From NCBI GenBank assembly GCA_003971905.1, contig RSEE01000029.1, forward strand, positions 434,001-498,000: a stretch of 64,000 bases of DNA, written 5' to 3'. This DNA comes from Moniliella sp. 'wahieum'. Taxonomy: Eukaryota. Shown here one piece after another: positions 49,293 through 62,052 of this stretch. The position numbers and the translations under genes are program-made. Every line of letters begins with the position of its first letter. The first letter of the stretch is position 1. The notes below the pieces were generated by a model that was given only the letters and a program-made list of their open reading frames with translations, did no database searches and had not been told where the DNA came from.

Positions 49293-52200
49293 GTGGGACA
49301 GAGAGGGGCAGGAGGTGTGGGGGGGTGGTGGGGAACGGGAGCAAAAGCGAGTGGGATCGGAGCTTAACATATACGTTTGCGTCAACGACGGGTGCGTCGG
49401 TGAGTCGCAGGACGGAGGAGGGGTGCGCTGCTGCGAGCGGCAGCGTAGTCAGCAAGGCAGCATAGCCACACCAGGCCACTCTTGTCCGCCACTGCCTGCC
49501 ACTGCCCGCCACTGCCACATCCCAACCATCGGCCAACGCCGGAACGGAGAGAGCGTGGATGCAGGGCCCTAGTGGGACCACCTCATCGATCATCCATGGT
49601 CGATGATCTGCAATTAGTGATCGGTGACCAAGTGACTGCTCGCCGGTCACCGGTCACCGGTCTTACCTACTGGACTGGTACGAGTCGATGGATTGTTCGG
49701 AGCAGCGAGGAGGTGGCGTGTGACACGTGACACGTGACGATGTGCGTAGGACATGCATGATGTGGCCGGCACGGGTGACCGGTGACCGGTGACCACTGCT
49801 GCCCGGTCACAGGGACGCCGCCGTGGGGGTTGGCGGCATGCTGGGACAAGGCAGCGGGTGGGCAGGGTTCGGTGGGCAGGAGGGGATGCCTCTTGTCCCC
49901 TGTGCTCCCGGGTCCTTGCTCAATCATGAATCAACGACATTAATCATCGACATCAGCCAGTAACTAATCAATCATCGATATCGATCATCGCGTTAGGAAG
50001 GCTTAGGATCCCTTTGAACCGCCCCCTGCCACCCCTCATTTTGGCGTCCGGAAAGGGTTCTGAGAGGGAGAGACCACAGATGGAATCCGAGAGTGCTCGG
50101 CCGCTCAGCGTCAGTTGGAACACAGCAGTAGGCCGCGTACCCGCGGTACATCATTATGTGCGCCAACGAGTCTGCCGCCCGCGTCCCGTCTCGCCATTTT
50201 TTTTGCGATGGCATTCCAATGCAACGCCAGATTCGCGACCTGTGGGTCTAGGAGCTGTGCATAAGCGCCAAGCAAAGAGCCCTGGCAGTTGGGGTTGGGA
50301 AGATTGCCACGCCTCTCGGCTCTAATTCTAAGGCCTGAGGCTGAGGCCTCACGCGTGACGCCTAACGTCAAATACTCCAGAGCAGTGGCCAGTGAGTACT
50401 AAGTTCACGCGTCACGTGTCACGCTCAATATCCAACGTTCAATTCAGCTGGTGTGGCTTCGGAGGTCCTGGAAACAGGGTTCAACGTCGGCGAGCCGCGG
50501 CTGGGCTGAGCCGCTGAGCCCTGGACGTGGCCCCCGAGCGCCTGAGCGCCTGAGCCGCTGAGCGGTGGCTACGCGCTCTGATCCTCAGGAAACTGAAGAC
50601 TGAAGGCGACAAGCGCCGACCGGCTGTACATTCAGCAGAACTTGGAACGTTGAACGTTGAACAGTTGAATCAACGCTAGGGCAGTCAGGAAGGTGTTGCG
50701 GGATGCGATGGAACGTGGACCCGAGGCTGATACAGGTACCATGGCCCGGAGGGCCATGCATCCGCACGACAATAGTCCCCCCCCCACTCAAGTCCAAGGG
50801 GGTGGCCAAATAAGGCCATCGAGCTTCCGTATCGTTGTTGTGACGACTGCCGCCTCTGTCCCCGTTTCCTTTTCCTTTTCCCGGTTGCGACCGGTAACCG
50901 GGGTAACCCCAACAGACCCATCTAGTATACGGAGCAATTCATCAATGCAAAAGTACATCAATTCAAAACACAAGTGCAAGTTCAATACCAGTGCGTGCCC
51001 GGAATAACTATAGTAACTAGCCACTTGAACATGTAAACAGTGACTAGAGTGAATAGAATAACTATGTACGTAGTGGCACCCTTGGGAAACTCGGGGAATT
51101 ATATTAACACAAGTTGGCAAACCTAGCACGAGTGCAGTGCTAGCCAAGTCTCAGGATCTCAGGCTAGCTGTGCTGGTGCCGGGGTCCTCCCATGATCATG
51201 TTCTCACTGTCCCCCCCCCCCCACCCCTTCCCCACGTTGTGACGTGTTGCATGTTGCATTGACATGTTAGCATGAAAGTATCTTAGATCTTAGCCCACCT
51301 GGCGGAAAAGGGCGGCACAAAGGATAGGCGCCCGCTTCAGGTCCTTCAGGGTTCAGGAGTTTCTGAGCCCCACAGGACCTCAGAACCTCCACTTGAGGCT
51401 GCGAGCTTGAAGCTTGAAGCTTGAAGCTTGAGGCTGGTTCACGTTCAAGTTCAAAAGCTTAGTGTCGAGTCTCCCATTTATCTATGCACTCGGATGCTCT
51501 CGACGCGTAAAACATGAAATCGCGTAATCGAGTAACTAGTAATCGACCTAATCGAAAATCGGCAATCGATGAAAATCCAATAATCGCCAATCTAGTACTT
51601 GATCATCGATTATCGGTTCCATTTAAGTTGTACATTTAAAACCCAACAAGTCAATCTGAGACTGGGCGAAGCGGTTAAGCGTTAAGCCTTAGGCACGTTA
51701 ACGTGTAAAAGCGGCAAGGCCGGTAACCAGTAATGGTCGCGTGGATCGAAGAATGGGGAGGAACGAGGCTTCTCACCGGTTGGCATGACCCGCATTGCCC
51801 TCATGACCCTACACGCCCAGACGCCCCCCACGCCACCACAACCTGCCACAACAGACCTCTAACAGTAGACCTGAAAACTAAAGGCCTATAACAAGTAATT
51901 GTCAACCTCGCATTACTATAATGTGCAAATGGGTGGGCTCTATTGGACTAAGAAGCTCCTGCGACTGAATTGTCCCTGCGAGCTCGGATGGACGGAAGAG
52001 CTTTTTGAAATGACACAGGGTCCACACACAGCTGATGGGATGGATGCCAACACAATAACTCATCGTATCCGCTCGTGCTACATCTGAGCGAAGGCGGGGA
52101 AGGTGTCACCACGGGTCACTAGCCACTAGTCAAAGGACCCCGAACACTTCCTGGGGTCTCCACATTGTGGTCTCATAGTTCGGTTGGCACATCGTTTACA

Positions 52201-55136
52201 GAGTTTGACGTTGAGGCTGTGGGGCAAAGAAGCGCTGCGCTTAGCCGATCGGTAGAGTTACAGTTCTGTAAAATCTATAAAGGCCAACAGAACAAGGTTG
52301 CAAAAAGGTTACCGACTCAAGCAACAGTTTTATTAAGCTGAGAAGGGAAAGAAAGGACCCACATCAACAGGAACCTCTACAATTAATCAGCTTCTCCGCG
52401 CTCTGAGATATCAGCTCAGGTCAAAGAGCCTATCATATATCAGCCCGCCGGGGTCGAAGATCGAGCCTTGGCGCAAAGGGGTCGGTCCGTCGGCCGAACC
52501 ACTCTTTTGGAGACGAGCCTCGAACATATAACGACTCAGTGTTAATAACGAGTTGAACTCTCAAAAGCCGGGCGAGAGAAGAGACAGGCAAGGGTCGAAC
52601 ACAGAGGGGGGTGCACCGTTGACGGGCCCGAAGAGCCCTCTCAGCCACATCGTGGTGTATGGTATGGATCAACAGGGGAAAGAGTGCAGGAGAGAACCCT
52701 GAAGCACTACCCTGTCACCGCATTGTTGTGAGAACCCTTACCGGTTACCGGTTACCGGCTATACCGGTTGCCAAAACAGTCTTTGTCCAAGTGAGACGAG
52801 CTCCAAAAAGTCACAATGGAGAATGTCGAATGCATATACCAGCTGCCCTCTCGTTCGGCGCGCTTGCGGGAACGCCTTGGAACGGGTCTACCATTGCTTG
52901 CACCCCTGAAGAGGCTCTGAAGCCGAGGCCAGTGATGCATGATGTAGGAGGATATAGGCCTGATATCGATAATCGATAATGGTTGGTGAATGATGCACGA
53001 GACGGGTGACGTATTCAGGGTCTTGAATACCAACACCTGGACATGTCTCTGATCGCTGCAGCCATGTCGACTTGAAATACCCGTGGACCCGTGAACGGCT
53101 GTGCACCCGAAGGAAGATCGGTTCCGAAGACAGCTGCTCTGTGCACAGATGGATGGGGGAAAGTCTTAGGCCTTAGGCCCCTTGGGGCTTAGGCGCTTAA
53201 GCCTAGGTCTTAGGCCTTTGGCCACTTATAAGCCCTGAAGCTAGCGCTGAAGACCCTAAAAGGCTTTTTTTATAAGCTTGACGGAGAGCTTCGGCCGGCG
53301 CTTAGCGCTTACTACGGCTTCAGTGTTGTTACAAATATTGTTACAAAACTCCCTTATACAAGTCACTCTGTCACACCACTGTACAGCCTGCAGCTCAGCC
53401 CTCTCTCGGTACACACATTCCATAGTCTGCTAGTAGTGATTACTATAGTTCAGGTACCCATGACAGGTGCTTAGAACTCATTAGTTGAGTGACTTTCTCA
53501 GTACAGAGTCTCAGTACTACTGATACTCGGTATACTCAGTTGAGTTCACGCGTTCACACGACTTCCAATGCAATCATGTTCCTTCAACACGTTCAACAAT
53601 TTTCAACGCGTTATACGTCCAATATCCAAGCTTCAAGCTTCAAGGCAACCTTCAAGCTTCAACACGTCAACGTTCAGATCGACCGTTGAGACGCTGTGAC
53701 TTTTGTCGTTGTTGCCTGCGTCCAGTACAGTTGTGGCAGGCGAGCTTGTCGTGACCGAGAGCGCGAAACTAACGCCTTTCGCCGTCTAAAACTGTTGGTA
53801 AAGCTCACTAGCCCCTACAAAGACCAGGTCCGGTAGAGAGTCCACGGATGCAAAGCGTTGGAACAATAACGTTGTTCGGTGAAATGCGCCCTCTCAGCAT
53901 CCATAAAGCGAACTGAGTACCAACAACACCATCCTTAATATGAGCCAACTGGACTGCTGTAGAGGTTCCAACACGCGTCTGTCCAAGGTCCCGGCTGTAT
54001 CCGTATGATGCCTGGTCAAAAAGACAGACACAACAAGAGTGGCCGGGGCTACGCCACGCCAGATAGGTACTACATCAAAGTTACACCCACCATCAGGAAT
54101 CCGGTAGCCAAGGGAGTCCAGCACCTTTCCGCGAACTATGCTGAAGTCAGTCCCGCAGGGGGTGGTGAGCAAAGTGCAAAACTTGCTCCACTACCGCGGT
54201 GGCATATCGCTAATAAAGTGAGCAAACCCTGAGTCACCGACAGCCGTGCGCCAGCGCAAAGTTAGTTCAGTGTTGGCACGTCCACATGGAGCAGTGCCTC
54301 GGGGGTGGCTAATAGAAAGTTGAACCCCTCACCAACACCGGAAAGGGCAGCCGACTCGTTGTTCATGTTACTGCGAATGGCGGGCCCATTGGGGCCAAAC
54401 GAAGAAGCAACAGGAAGGCGAGCATAGCACACCAGGATCATTCTTCTGACCAGGGTCGCAGGTTCAGGGTGAAGGGTCGCGTGCGTCGTGTGTCGGCAGG
54501 GTGGCGTGGAGCGCGGCCTGACCAGGGGGCGTGGAGCGCGGCCTGACCGGGGGGCGCAGCCTGGAAGAGAATCCTGGCTTGGGCGGACGGGCGCCATGGG
54601 CGCGGGTGGCGCGGGGGGTACCGTATTCCCGGAAGCCGGAGCTGGGCCAGACCATGTTCCATCTGGATGAGGCGCTCGTGGAACGCGTTCCGCATCTCGG
54701 TCTCCGATAGGTAGTGAAGGTCTCCACCTGGGTAGCCAGCAACCCGTCACAGTCACACCAGCCGTTTTCCATTCGGATTCTCTTTCTACTATCCATTGAT
54801 TGTGTGGATGTGCACACCCATCTCGGCATACAATAATCAGGGAACAATCCCCTGCCCGACACCTTGAGACAAAAAGCCAGCCCAATCTTGACGTAGACCT
54901 AACCCAGGCAAAAGGAAGACGAAAAGGGGGGCTTAATGATGGGATCGATCAGCCGGGCTCGTTATTTCTACCGCTCTCTCGCCCGGGGAGGGACACCATG
55001 ACACGTTCCTTGAGCGTCCCCCTTTTTACTATAGGCTAAAGCTTCAGATCATGTCAACAAACGCAGTTGGAAGGAGAAGGATGAGATCCCTCGGTTCAAT
55101 CTTCTCACCATAAAATCTTCTCTTCGGCGTTACCCA

Positions 55137-55243
55137 TCATTAACCCCTCTTATTCGCCCGGACGCTCCCTCTACTCCCCCGTATCCTCGGCTATATAAAG
55201 GTTCTGATAGCCTCCTGTACCTTTCCTCTCCGAACCACCTCCA
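55137..55243 (+). repeat. LTR-like dispersed repeat with TATA core, copy 2
   Basis: Collinear match to 39728-39850. Confidence 0.7.
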
Positions 55244-56753
55244 CATCAGTTTCTCTCGCTTCCCTTATTGGCATATGCTTCCACTCCCATATCGCGGTTG
55301 AAAACACGTTATCAACATTGATGAACACCAACAGTACGGATTCTGGGCTCTATATATACCTCAACTTGAGACAAGCATTGTACCTTCGGAAGACGCACTA
55401 TAAGGGATGACACTCACGAATTCATCCAGCCAATCAAACTCGACTGAGGTAAAGGGACACAAAAAACCGCACCTGTGTATTAGACTTCGCATTTCCACTA
55501 ATGTGGACATGGGCTGCATACACTACCACGCCATCAACGATGAGCTTGACGAGCAGGCGCACGAATCTGGCTATCGAACGTTATATATACACTAAGTGCA
55601 CACAATGGTCACAGCATAATAATGCAGGTCGTAGGTGTAAGGGGCGTCCTTCTGTACGTCTTCTATACCACCGAATACGGCTCGGGCACTTTCCGTGAGC
55701 TTGTTAAACGGTCTTGAAGGGCCACCAGAACGGGTTCTGGTACCTCCTATGAAAACCTTCATGTAGAAGACCTTGCCACCTCATGCGCCACCGAAAAACG
55801 TATTGCTGTGGCATCGTTGTGGCTCTGGAATCATTAAGGCAATACTTGCACCCTCCCCCCCTCCTGGTGCACTTCTTGCCATTCCTATGGCCCCTGCCTC
55901 TCCTGGTAGGGCGTGGCATCTGGGCAAGGGGGAAAATGGTTTTGATACCACTTGGTTTTCCTTCTCTCTACGAATGATCTTTTCCCCAGTCCTTCCCCCC
56001 TCTCCTGCAGCACTGCTCAGTGCCAACATGGGGTAACCTACTTCGTTGTAGCCCGCTAGAGCAGGTGGGATTCCTTCCATTAGTAGTGTGATATATCGCA
56101 ATCCAATCTATTTTTTCTCCTGGACTTACGTCCAAAGGAGGCGGCTGAGAAGACCCGCGGAATGAGAATAAGCAGGGGAGTGCAACATTTACCACAGTCC
56201 CATATGGACCTTGGCCACATAGTCAAATGATCGCATCAGCCCTTATTCTGTGTCGGGCCACGCTATTAGGGATATATGGACGCAAAAAGGTCCTGGGATA
56301 TGGTCAACCTTGGGAATGCAGCTCCGGTGCGTTTCAATGTATTGTTCTAGGAATTGTGCTGCTCTCGAGTAGGGTCGTAACCCCAAGTTACTCTCTCTTC
56401 CCAGATCTCTCAGATCTCAACCTGATCTCAGCTCTCAACGATCATCCTGATGGTCACCATCAGCTCTCATCCTCAGCTCCCATCCTCAACAGGGCGGACC
56501 AGCGTGCGGAAGTTCAAGATACCACGCTTCAAACAGCTCCGAGGTATCAACAGGTCCAGGTTAGGGGACTGTCCGGCTATCCTATCGCTGTTCTACGGCC
56601 GCACCTCAGGGTTGAGCCTCAGCGCTCAGCAGTCTACCGACCTTGGAGGAGCAGTGCAACGTATCTCTCCAGGTAGGTAGCTTCTTGTGCCCAAGGACCT
56701 CAGCCCCTACACCTCAACACACATCCAAACGCAACAGCATGGGGGCACATGAA

Positions 56754-58151
56754 TTAACGCAACCAAGAAACCCCGAGGTAAATGTGATGCGGAGCATGGG
56801 CAGTCGGGCTCGCCACGAGTGATTGATTGGCGCTCGACCAAAGCCTTGTGGTACACCAGTCCGGGGAAGAGTGGGAACTGGGACGCAGCGCAAGGACCGG
56901 AAGGGCTGGAAGGAAGGTGAGGTTGTAGTTGTTCCGGCCCATGTCGCGATCCAAGGCTGGATGCAACAAAACAAGGGAGCACACAGCTCGTCCGGGGCTT
57001 ACTCGCGTTTGAACGCAATCTTCTTGGCTTGGGCGCGGTCCATGCCCTTGTCCATGAGCTTGCGCATCTCCTTCTGGTTCTCCCGGGCTTGGGTGGTACG
57101 TTCCCTCGGTGTCCATCACGTAGTCCCACCACCGGAAGGAGGAAGCGTAGCAGCCAATGAACGCTTGGTGGTGGTGGTCGTGGTGGTCCGCCCCCGCCCA
57201 GAAGGGCAGGATGTGGCGAAGACTAAAGGGGAAGTCATAGCCGCTGTGCGAGTCGATGGCTTGGAACAGGCGGCAACAATCCATAGGTAGACTGTGACAA
57301 GGTGCACGTTGCCCGCCACGACAGCGAGGAGCAGGGGTCCTCCAATGGTACCCGTGCCCAAGATCAGCGTCTCGGCGGGGTGCGCGTACTCGGCAGCCAA
57401 ACCAAAGGGAGCTGGGAAAAAGTTAGCATGAGAAGCAAAGCAAGCAGGAAGGAAAGGAAAGGAAAGGAAAGGAAAGGAAAGGAAAGGAAAGGAAAAGGAA
57501 AGGAAAGGAAAGGAAAGGAAGAAAAAAAAAAGGAAAGGAAAGGGAAAGGAAGAAAGGAAAGGAAGAAGGAAAGGAAAGGAAAAGAAGAAGAAAAAGTGGG
57601 AGGATGACATACCACGTACTCGTGATGCTTCTTGTGAATGTGGCGGTAAAAGGGTCCCCAGTGGAAAAGGCGGTGGGCCCAGTAATGCCACGTGTCCTCG
57701 ACGACAAGAAGAGAGCGATCTGCCAGGCAATGGTCCAGATGGGGGGGAACGGGACTTGGTACGTGGCCAGGCCAAGGTACTGGCACATGGGATGGAATCC
57801 CCAAATATGAGGAAGCTCAACAGTAAAGTGACTGATCAAGACGTATTTGGTGCATCCCACTGGTCCTTCCACGACGGCACCTTCTCGTCCTGGATTTGTA
57901 CTTGCGCAAGGCCGGGATGTGGTCGATGACGACCCAGGGAGCTGCACGGCCAAAGTACAGGAGCTCGTGGAGAACAAAGCTCATAATGCCGGTAGCGATG
58001 ATGGGATTGTCCCACAGACGTACCAGTTCATCCACCCTTTCTCGAGGAAGTGTGAGGCATGGCTAGTCGACGCCCTGGTACAAGCTCGGCCCGTGGACGT
58101 CGACGTGGGGGTTGAGATGCCTCGAGGAGCGTGGTGGCTGTTGAGCGACAT
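56754..58151 (-). CDS. ERG25: C-4 methylsterol oxidase (fatty acid hydroxylase family), frameshifted
   Basis: [99 protein letters not shown]. The 3' end is approximate. Confidence 0.93.
57447..57595. repeat. (GGAAA)n microsatellite within an ERG25 intron
   Basis: Directly visible between the minus-strand donor (~57612) and acceptor (~57412). Confidence 0.9.
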
Positions 58152-59395
58152 GGCAGGCAGAGACGGACCAGCTGGCGGGACACACAGGCGGGTGGTGGGG
58201 CTTAGCTTTATACGAGGTGATGCGATATGCGCCCGCGTGCGTCGCTTCCGGGGTTACAAACAGGCGAGGCGTGTGGCAGCTGGAGGGCCCAAGCCCAGCC
58301 GGCGGCAGGCGAAGAACGGGGGCGGGATGATCGATGAGCGCTGGGGCGACCGGTGATGGTGCTGGCATTTGACCTTGGGCAGCGCACGCCGGCCGATCTG
58401 ATGCCAGGCAGCCGCACGGGGCCAGTGTGGCGCGCTGCCACCAAATGACTGAGCAGGCCCCCTCTGCCCCCGTGCCCCAGCGCACGCGCGCGCCAGCGCG
58501 CCGCTGCTGTCTTGGGTTAGTAGTTACTCAACCTTAGTTCGCGCCTCTGCGGCCTGCTGCCTCGGCGCACCCGACACTGCCCCCCGGCGGAGCGTCCCAC
58601 GCCGTTTCCACGCGACACGTGATGCATAGATGGGCGTAAGCGCGTAAGGCCTACCGGCGCCGGGCGGCACAGATGATTAAGGAGCCCAGGATGATTGGTT
58701 TGATCTAGCCGCATGAAACGTTCAACCCAAGCCCCGCGCTGGTCGCTCCCAGCACCAACCAGATCCCCATCGGATAGATCTTCGATTGTTCAACGTTCAC
58801 TAGTCACTAGTCACTTGCTTGCGGGCCGCGCCTTGGTTGCCATACGGCAAACCAGGTCGCCGTTAAGGAGGGGGGGGACGGCAGAGCCACTCTGCCACCC
58901 CTGCTCGGGGATTGAAAAGATACCTCGTGTCCGGTGGCTGCTGCAGCGATCCTGGCATCGCAACAGCGGCCAGCGCAACACACATACGCGACCATCCATA
59001 TGGTGCATGCCCACCGTACCGATCGTATCAGCGCCCCAATGCAGTTACCAGGATGCCAGACAGAACCAATTCCGCATCCGAAACTCGATGCCGCCCACAA
59101 CTCAAAAAGGGGGGGACGGCATCAAGTACCAACGTTCGCCGTTCGCCGTTCAACGTATCAACCCCTCTCCCACAACAAAGTAACTACGACTTTAGATACC
59201 ACCCACCCGCTTGCCACCAAACGCAGAGAGAAAGGCCGACGGCCCCAGATGATGCGATTTTGGGGTGGGACAAGCTGCCTATCGCGGTCAGGGCGTAGCA
59301 GAACCCTAACAGAGGGGCGCAACCACATGCGCGGGGGCAAGAGAAGCACGCAGGACGGTCAAGCACCCAGGACCGCCGAGGGAAGCGGAAACATC

Positions 59396-59898
59396 TTAAA
59401 CCACCGTGCCAGCGTTGGAGGCAATACGGGGCCAAAGGTCCGCGCACTCCTTGGCCACGGGGCCCGTGATGGCCGACCCCTTCATTTCACCCTTGGGGTT
59501 AACAATCACACCAGCGTTGTCCTCAAAGTAGAGGAACACGCCGTCCTTCCTCCGCCACGTCTTGCGCTGGCGAATGACAATGGCCGGCATGACTGTCGCG
59601 AGAGCAAATAAGATAGGTCAGTACGAACTCTTCTTTCTTTTTTCCTCTGTTTTCCAAAAGGGTAAAGTGGGAACAAATAACGCACCCTTCTTGCGCAGTT
59701 CCGGCTTGCCCTTCTTGACCGAAGCGACAAACATGTCACCGGCCGAAGCGGCGGGCAGACGGTTGAGGCGTGCGCCCGTACCGTGCACAGCAATGACAAA
59801 GAGGTTCTTGGCCCCGTGTTGTCGGCGCAGTTCATCACGGCGCCGACGGGCAGACCGAGGGTCATGCGATACTTGGTTCCCTGCGCTCCCTTGGGCAT
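59396..59898 (-). CDS. RPL23: 60S ribosomal protein L23 (uL14)
   Basis: [29 protein letters not shown](A)KNL...[64 protein letters not shown]. Intron at ~59593-59684, and a 1-nt homopolymer deletion at ~59813. Confidence 0.96.
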
Positions 59899-60923
59899 GG
59901 TTACGAGTCTGGACACAATGGAAAAGCGGTCAGCTGGCTGTCCAGCACATGTGTCGTTGATGCGACAACAAAAAAAGGAGAGGAAAGGCGGGCTAGCGTC
60001 GCTGCGTCCTGGCGCGGACGCAAGGCCACCTTACAGGGGACGATCGGCTTACCTTGCTGGTTGGCGAGCGAAAGGGGACGGCCACTGCAACCCACGAAGC
60101 AGGGATGGGGGGGGAGGCGCTGGCGACAACCCTATCTGCACCCTCCTTGTTCTCCTCGGCAACGGGAGGGACCTAGGGCTGGTCGACTGGCGCAGCGCCC
60201 AGGCAGCTTACGCCTTGCTGCGGTAGCTTCCTCCCGTGCAACCCTAGGTCGATCAAACGGAACCCAGTACTCACGACGTACTCACGCGTCACCGGAACGA
60301 TCACAGTTTTGTGAAACTTTCCTCCCAGTCGATGCTGCAAGCGGAATGCTTTGATGGGCCTGCCGTTCCGTCCATCGGTCAGAGTTACGACGGAATGGAA
60401 CCAGGGGGCGAGATCGGTGCAAACGTGTGCACGCCCGCGGCGACATGTGGCATGTGAATGTGACATACATGTGATGTATAGCGTGTGATGTAGGACACAT
60501 GATGCATGATGGGTGTGTGACTGGGCCCGTGCGGGGTGCTTGGAAAGGGGAAGCGGGAAGCAGGAGGGGCCACGGGGAGTGTGCGTGTCGCGCCCGAGCG
60601 ACGGCGGGGCACCAGCGCACTTTGGTGTCCCGCCCAGCAGCGCCCAGCAGCGCCCAACGCCCCCGTCGGACCAAGGGAGCGTGTGGTGGCGCGTGGTGGC
60701 GCCCACGGGGCCTCAGCCCCAGGGTGGGCGCCCAGCCTGGGCCAAAGGCCTCAAACTCAATCGCAGCTTAGGCTTAGCGGTTAGTTAGCTAGCTTACCCG
60801 CCCGCCGATCCCCTCGGGTCCGCCCTGTCGCTCCTGGTTTTGCTGCTCTGCTCTTCCATCTCATCTCCTCTCTCTCTCTCTCCTCCCCGCCCTCACCTTC
60901 AGCCCCCCCCTCCACCAGACAAA

Positions 60924-62052
60924 ATGGACTCGTGGAAGACATTCACCAGCAGCCTGTCCGACGCGGCCGCGAGTGCAGCGGCGAGTGCGGCGCCCGTGGG
61001 CACGCGGCTGAGCAAACAATTTGGGCACTTATCGCAGCAAGCGCGGGAGCGGTTGGGTGCGGTAGACCCGTCGGACCTAACGGAACTTCCGAGCGAGTAC
61101 CGGGCTCTGGAAGCGCGCGTCGATGGACTACGATCGGCCCATGCGACCTTGGTGCGCGTACTCAAAGTGTACCAGACGGAAGGGTACGATTGTCCTGTTA
61201 GCATCCAAGACTCGGTGAGCGATGCGTCGCGCTCGGTGGTGCAGACTGTTGGTGCTTGGACTGCCCAAGCACGCGGGGTAGCTGCGCCCACACTTCCTCT
61301 GACCCGGCTGTCCGACGTACGTTGGCCCATACGCTTTCGCGCGCCATGGCCAGTGCAGCGGTGGAGGTGGGCCCAAGTCCCAGTCGACGGGTGCGAGTGG
61401 GGTGCCAAGTGAGCCAAGTGACCAGGGGGAAACGGGATCGGCGTTGGCTGCAGCGTTGCGTTCGGTGAGCGTGGCGAGCAACAGTGGGTCAAGCGCGGTT
61501 GCACCAAGATGGAGAGATTCAGGAGAAAGTCAGTGCGCCATGGGTGGCGTTTGGCAAGCAGATTCAGTTGGCTGTCCAGGCACGTGGGGAGGTGCAGGAG
61601 GCACGGTTGACGTTGGATGCGGTCAAGCAGACGCTGAAGAGTGTCGAAGTGCAAGCGGGACAAGGTACGGAGGGGGACAAGGTGCAGCATGCGCGAGCGG
61701 AGGTGGAACGTGCGGAGGATGTGTTGGTGGCTGCACCGAGCAAGCGATTGGACTGATGAAGAATGTGTTGGAAAACCCCGAGCCGATCCGGATGCTGGCG
61801 TTGTTGGTTAAGACGTACGTTTGGTTCCTGATTTGCTACGAGCAAAGCGCGATGGAGGGCAGGTACTGATACAATCTTTCTCTTCTTCTCTTCTCTTCTC
61901 TTCTCTTCTCTTCTCTTCTTCTCTTCTCTCTCTTCGACTGCAGCCAAGCCGAGTACCACCGCACCGCAGCCGAGGCGCTCGACACGGCGTTCACCCAAGT
62001 TTCGGCGGATGCGCGGGGGGTGGAGGAGACGTTCCGTGCGAGTCGGGTGTGA
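60924..62052 (+). CDS. BAR-domain protein (Gvp36-like), frameshifted
   Basis: MDSWKTF..QQARERLGAVDPSDLTELPSEYRALEARVDGLR..YQTEGYDCP..ARLTLDAVK..EVERAEDVLV..AIGLMKNVLENPEP. Intron at ~61815-61942. Confidence 0.82.

Noticed and set aside
53890..54890. Minus-strand ORF fragments as LINE ORF1/gag
   Set aside because: No recognisable motif, so the call cannot be supported without a search.
694..58151. Iron-regulon cluster (Cth2-like CCCH, SreA-like GATA, ERG25)
   Set aside because: The genes lie tens of kb apart among unrelated housekeeping genes, so the co-location is probably coincidental.
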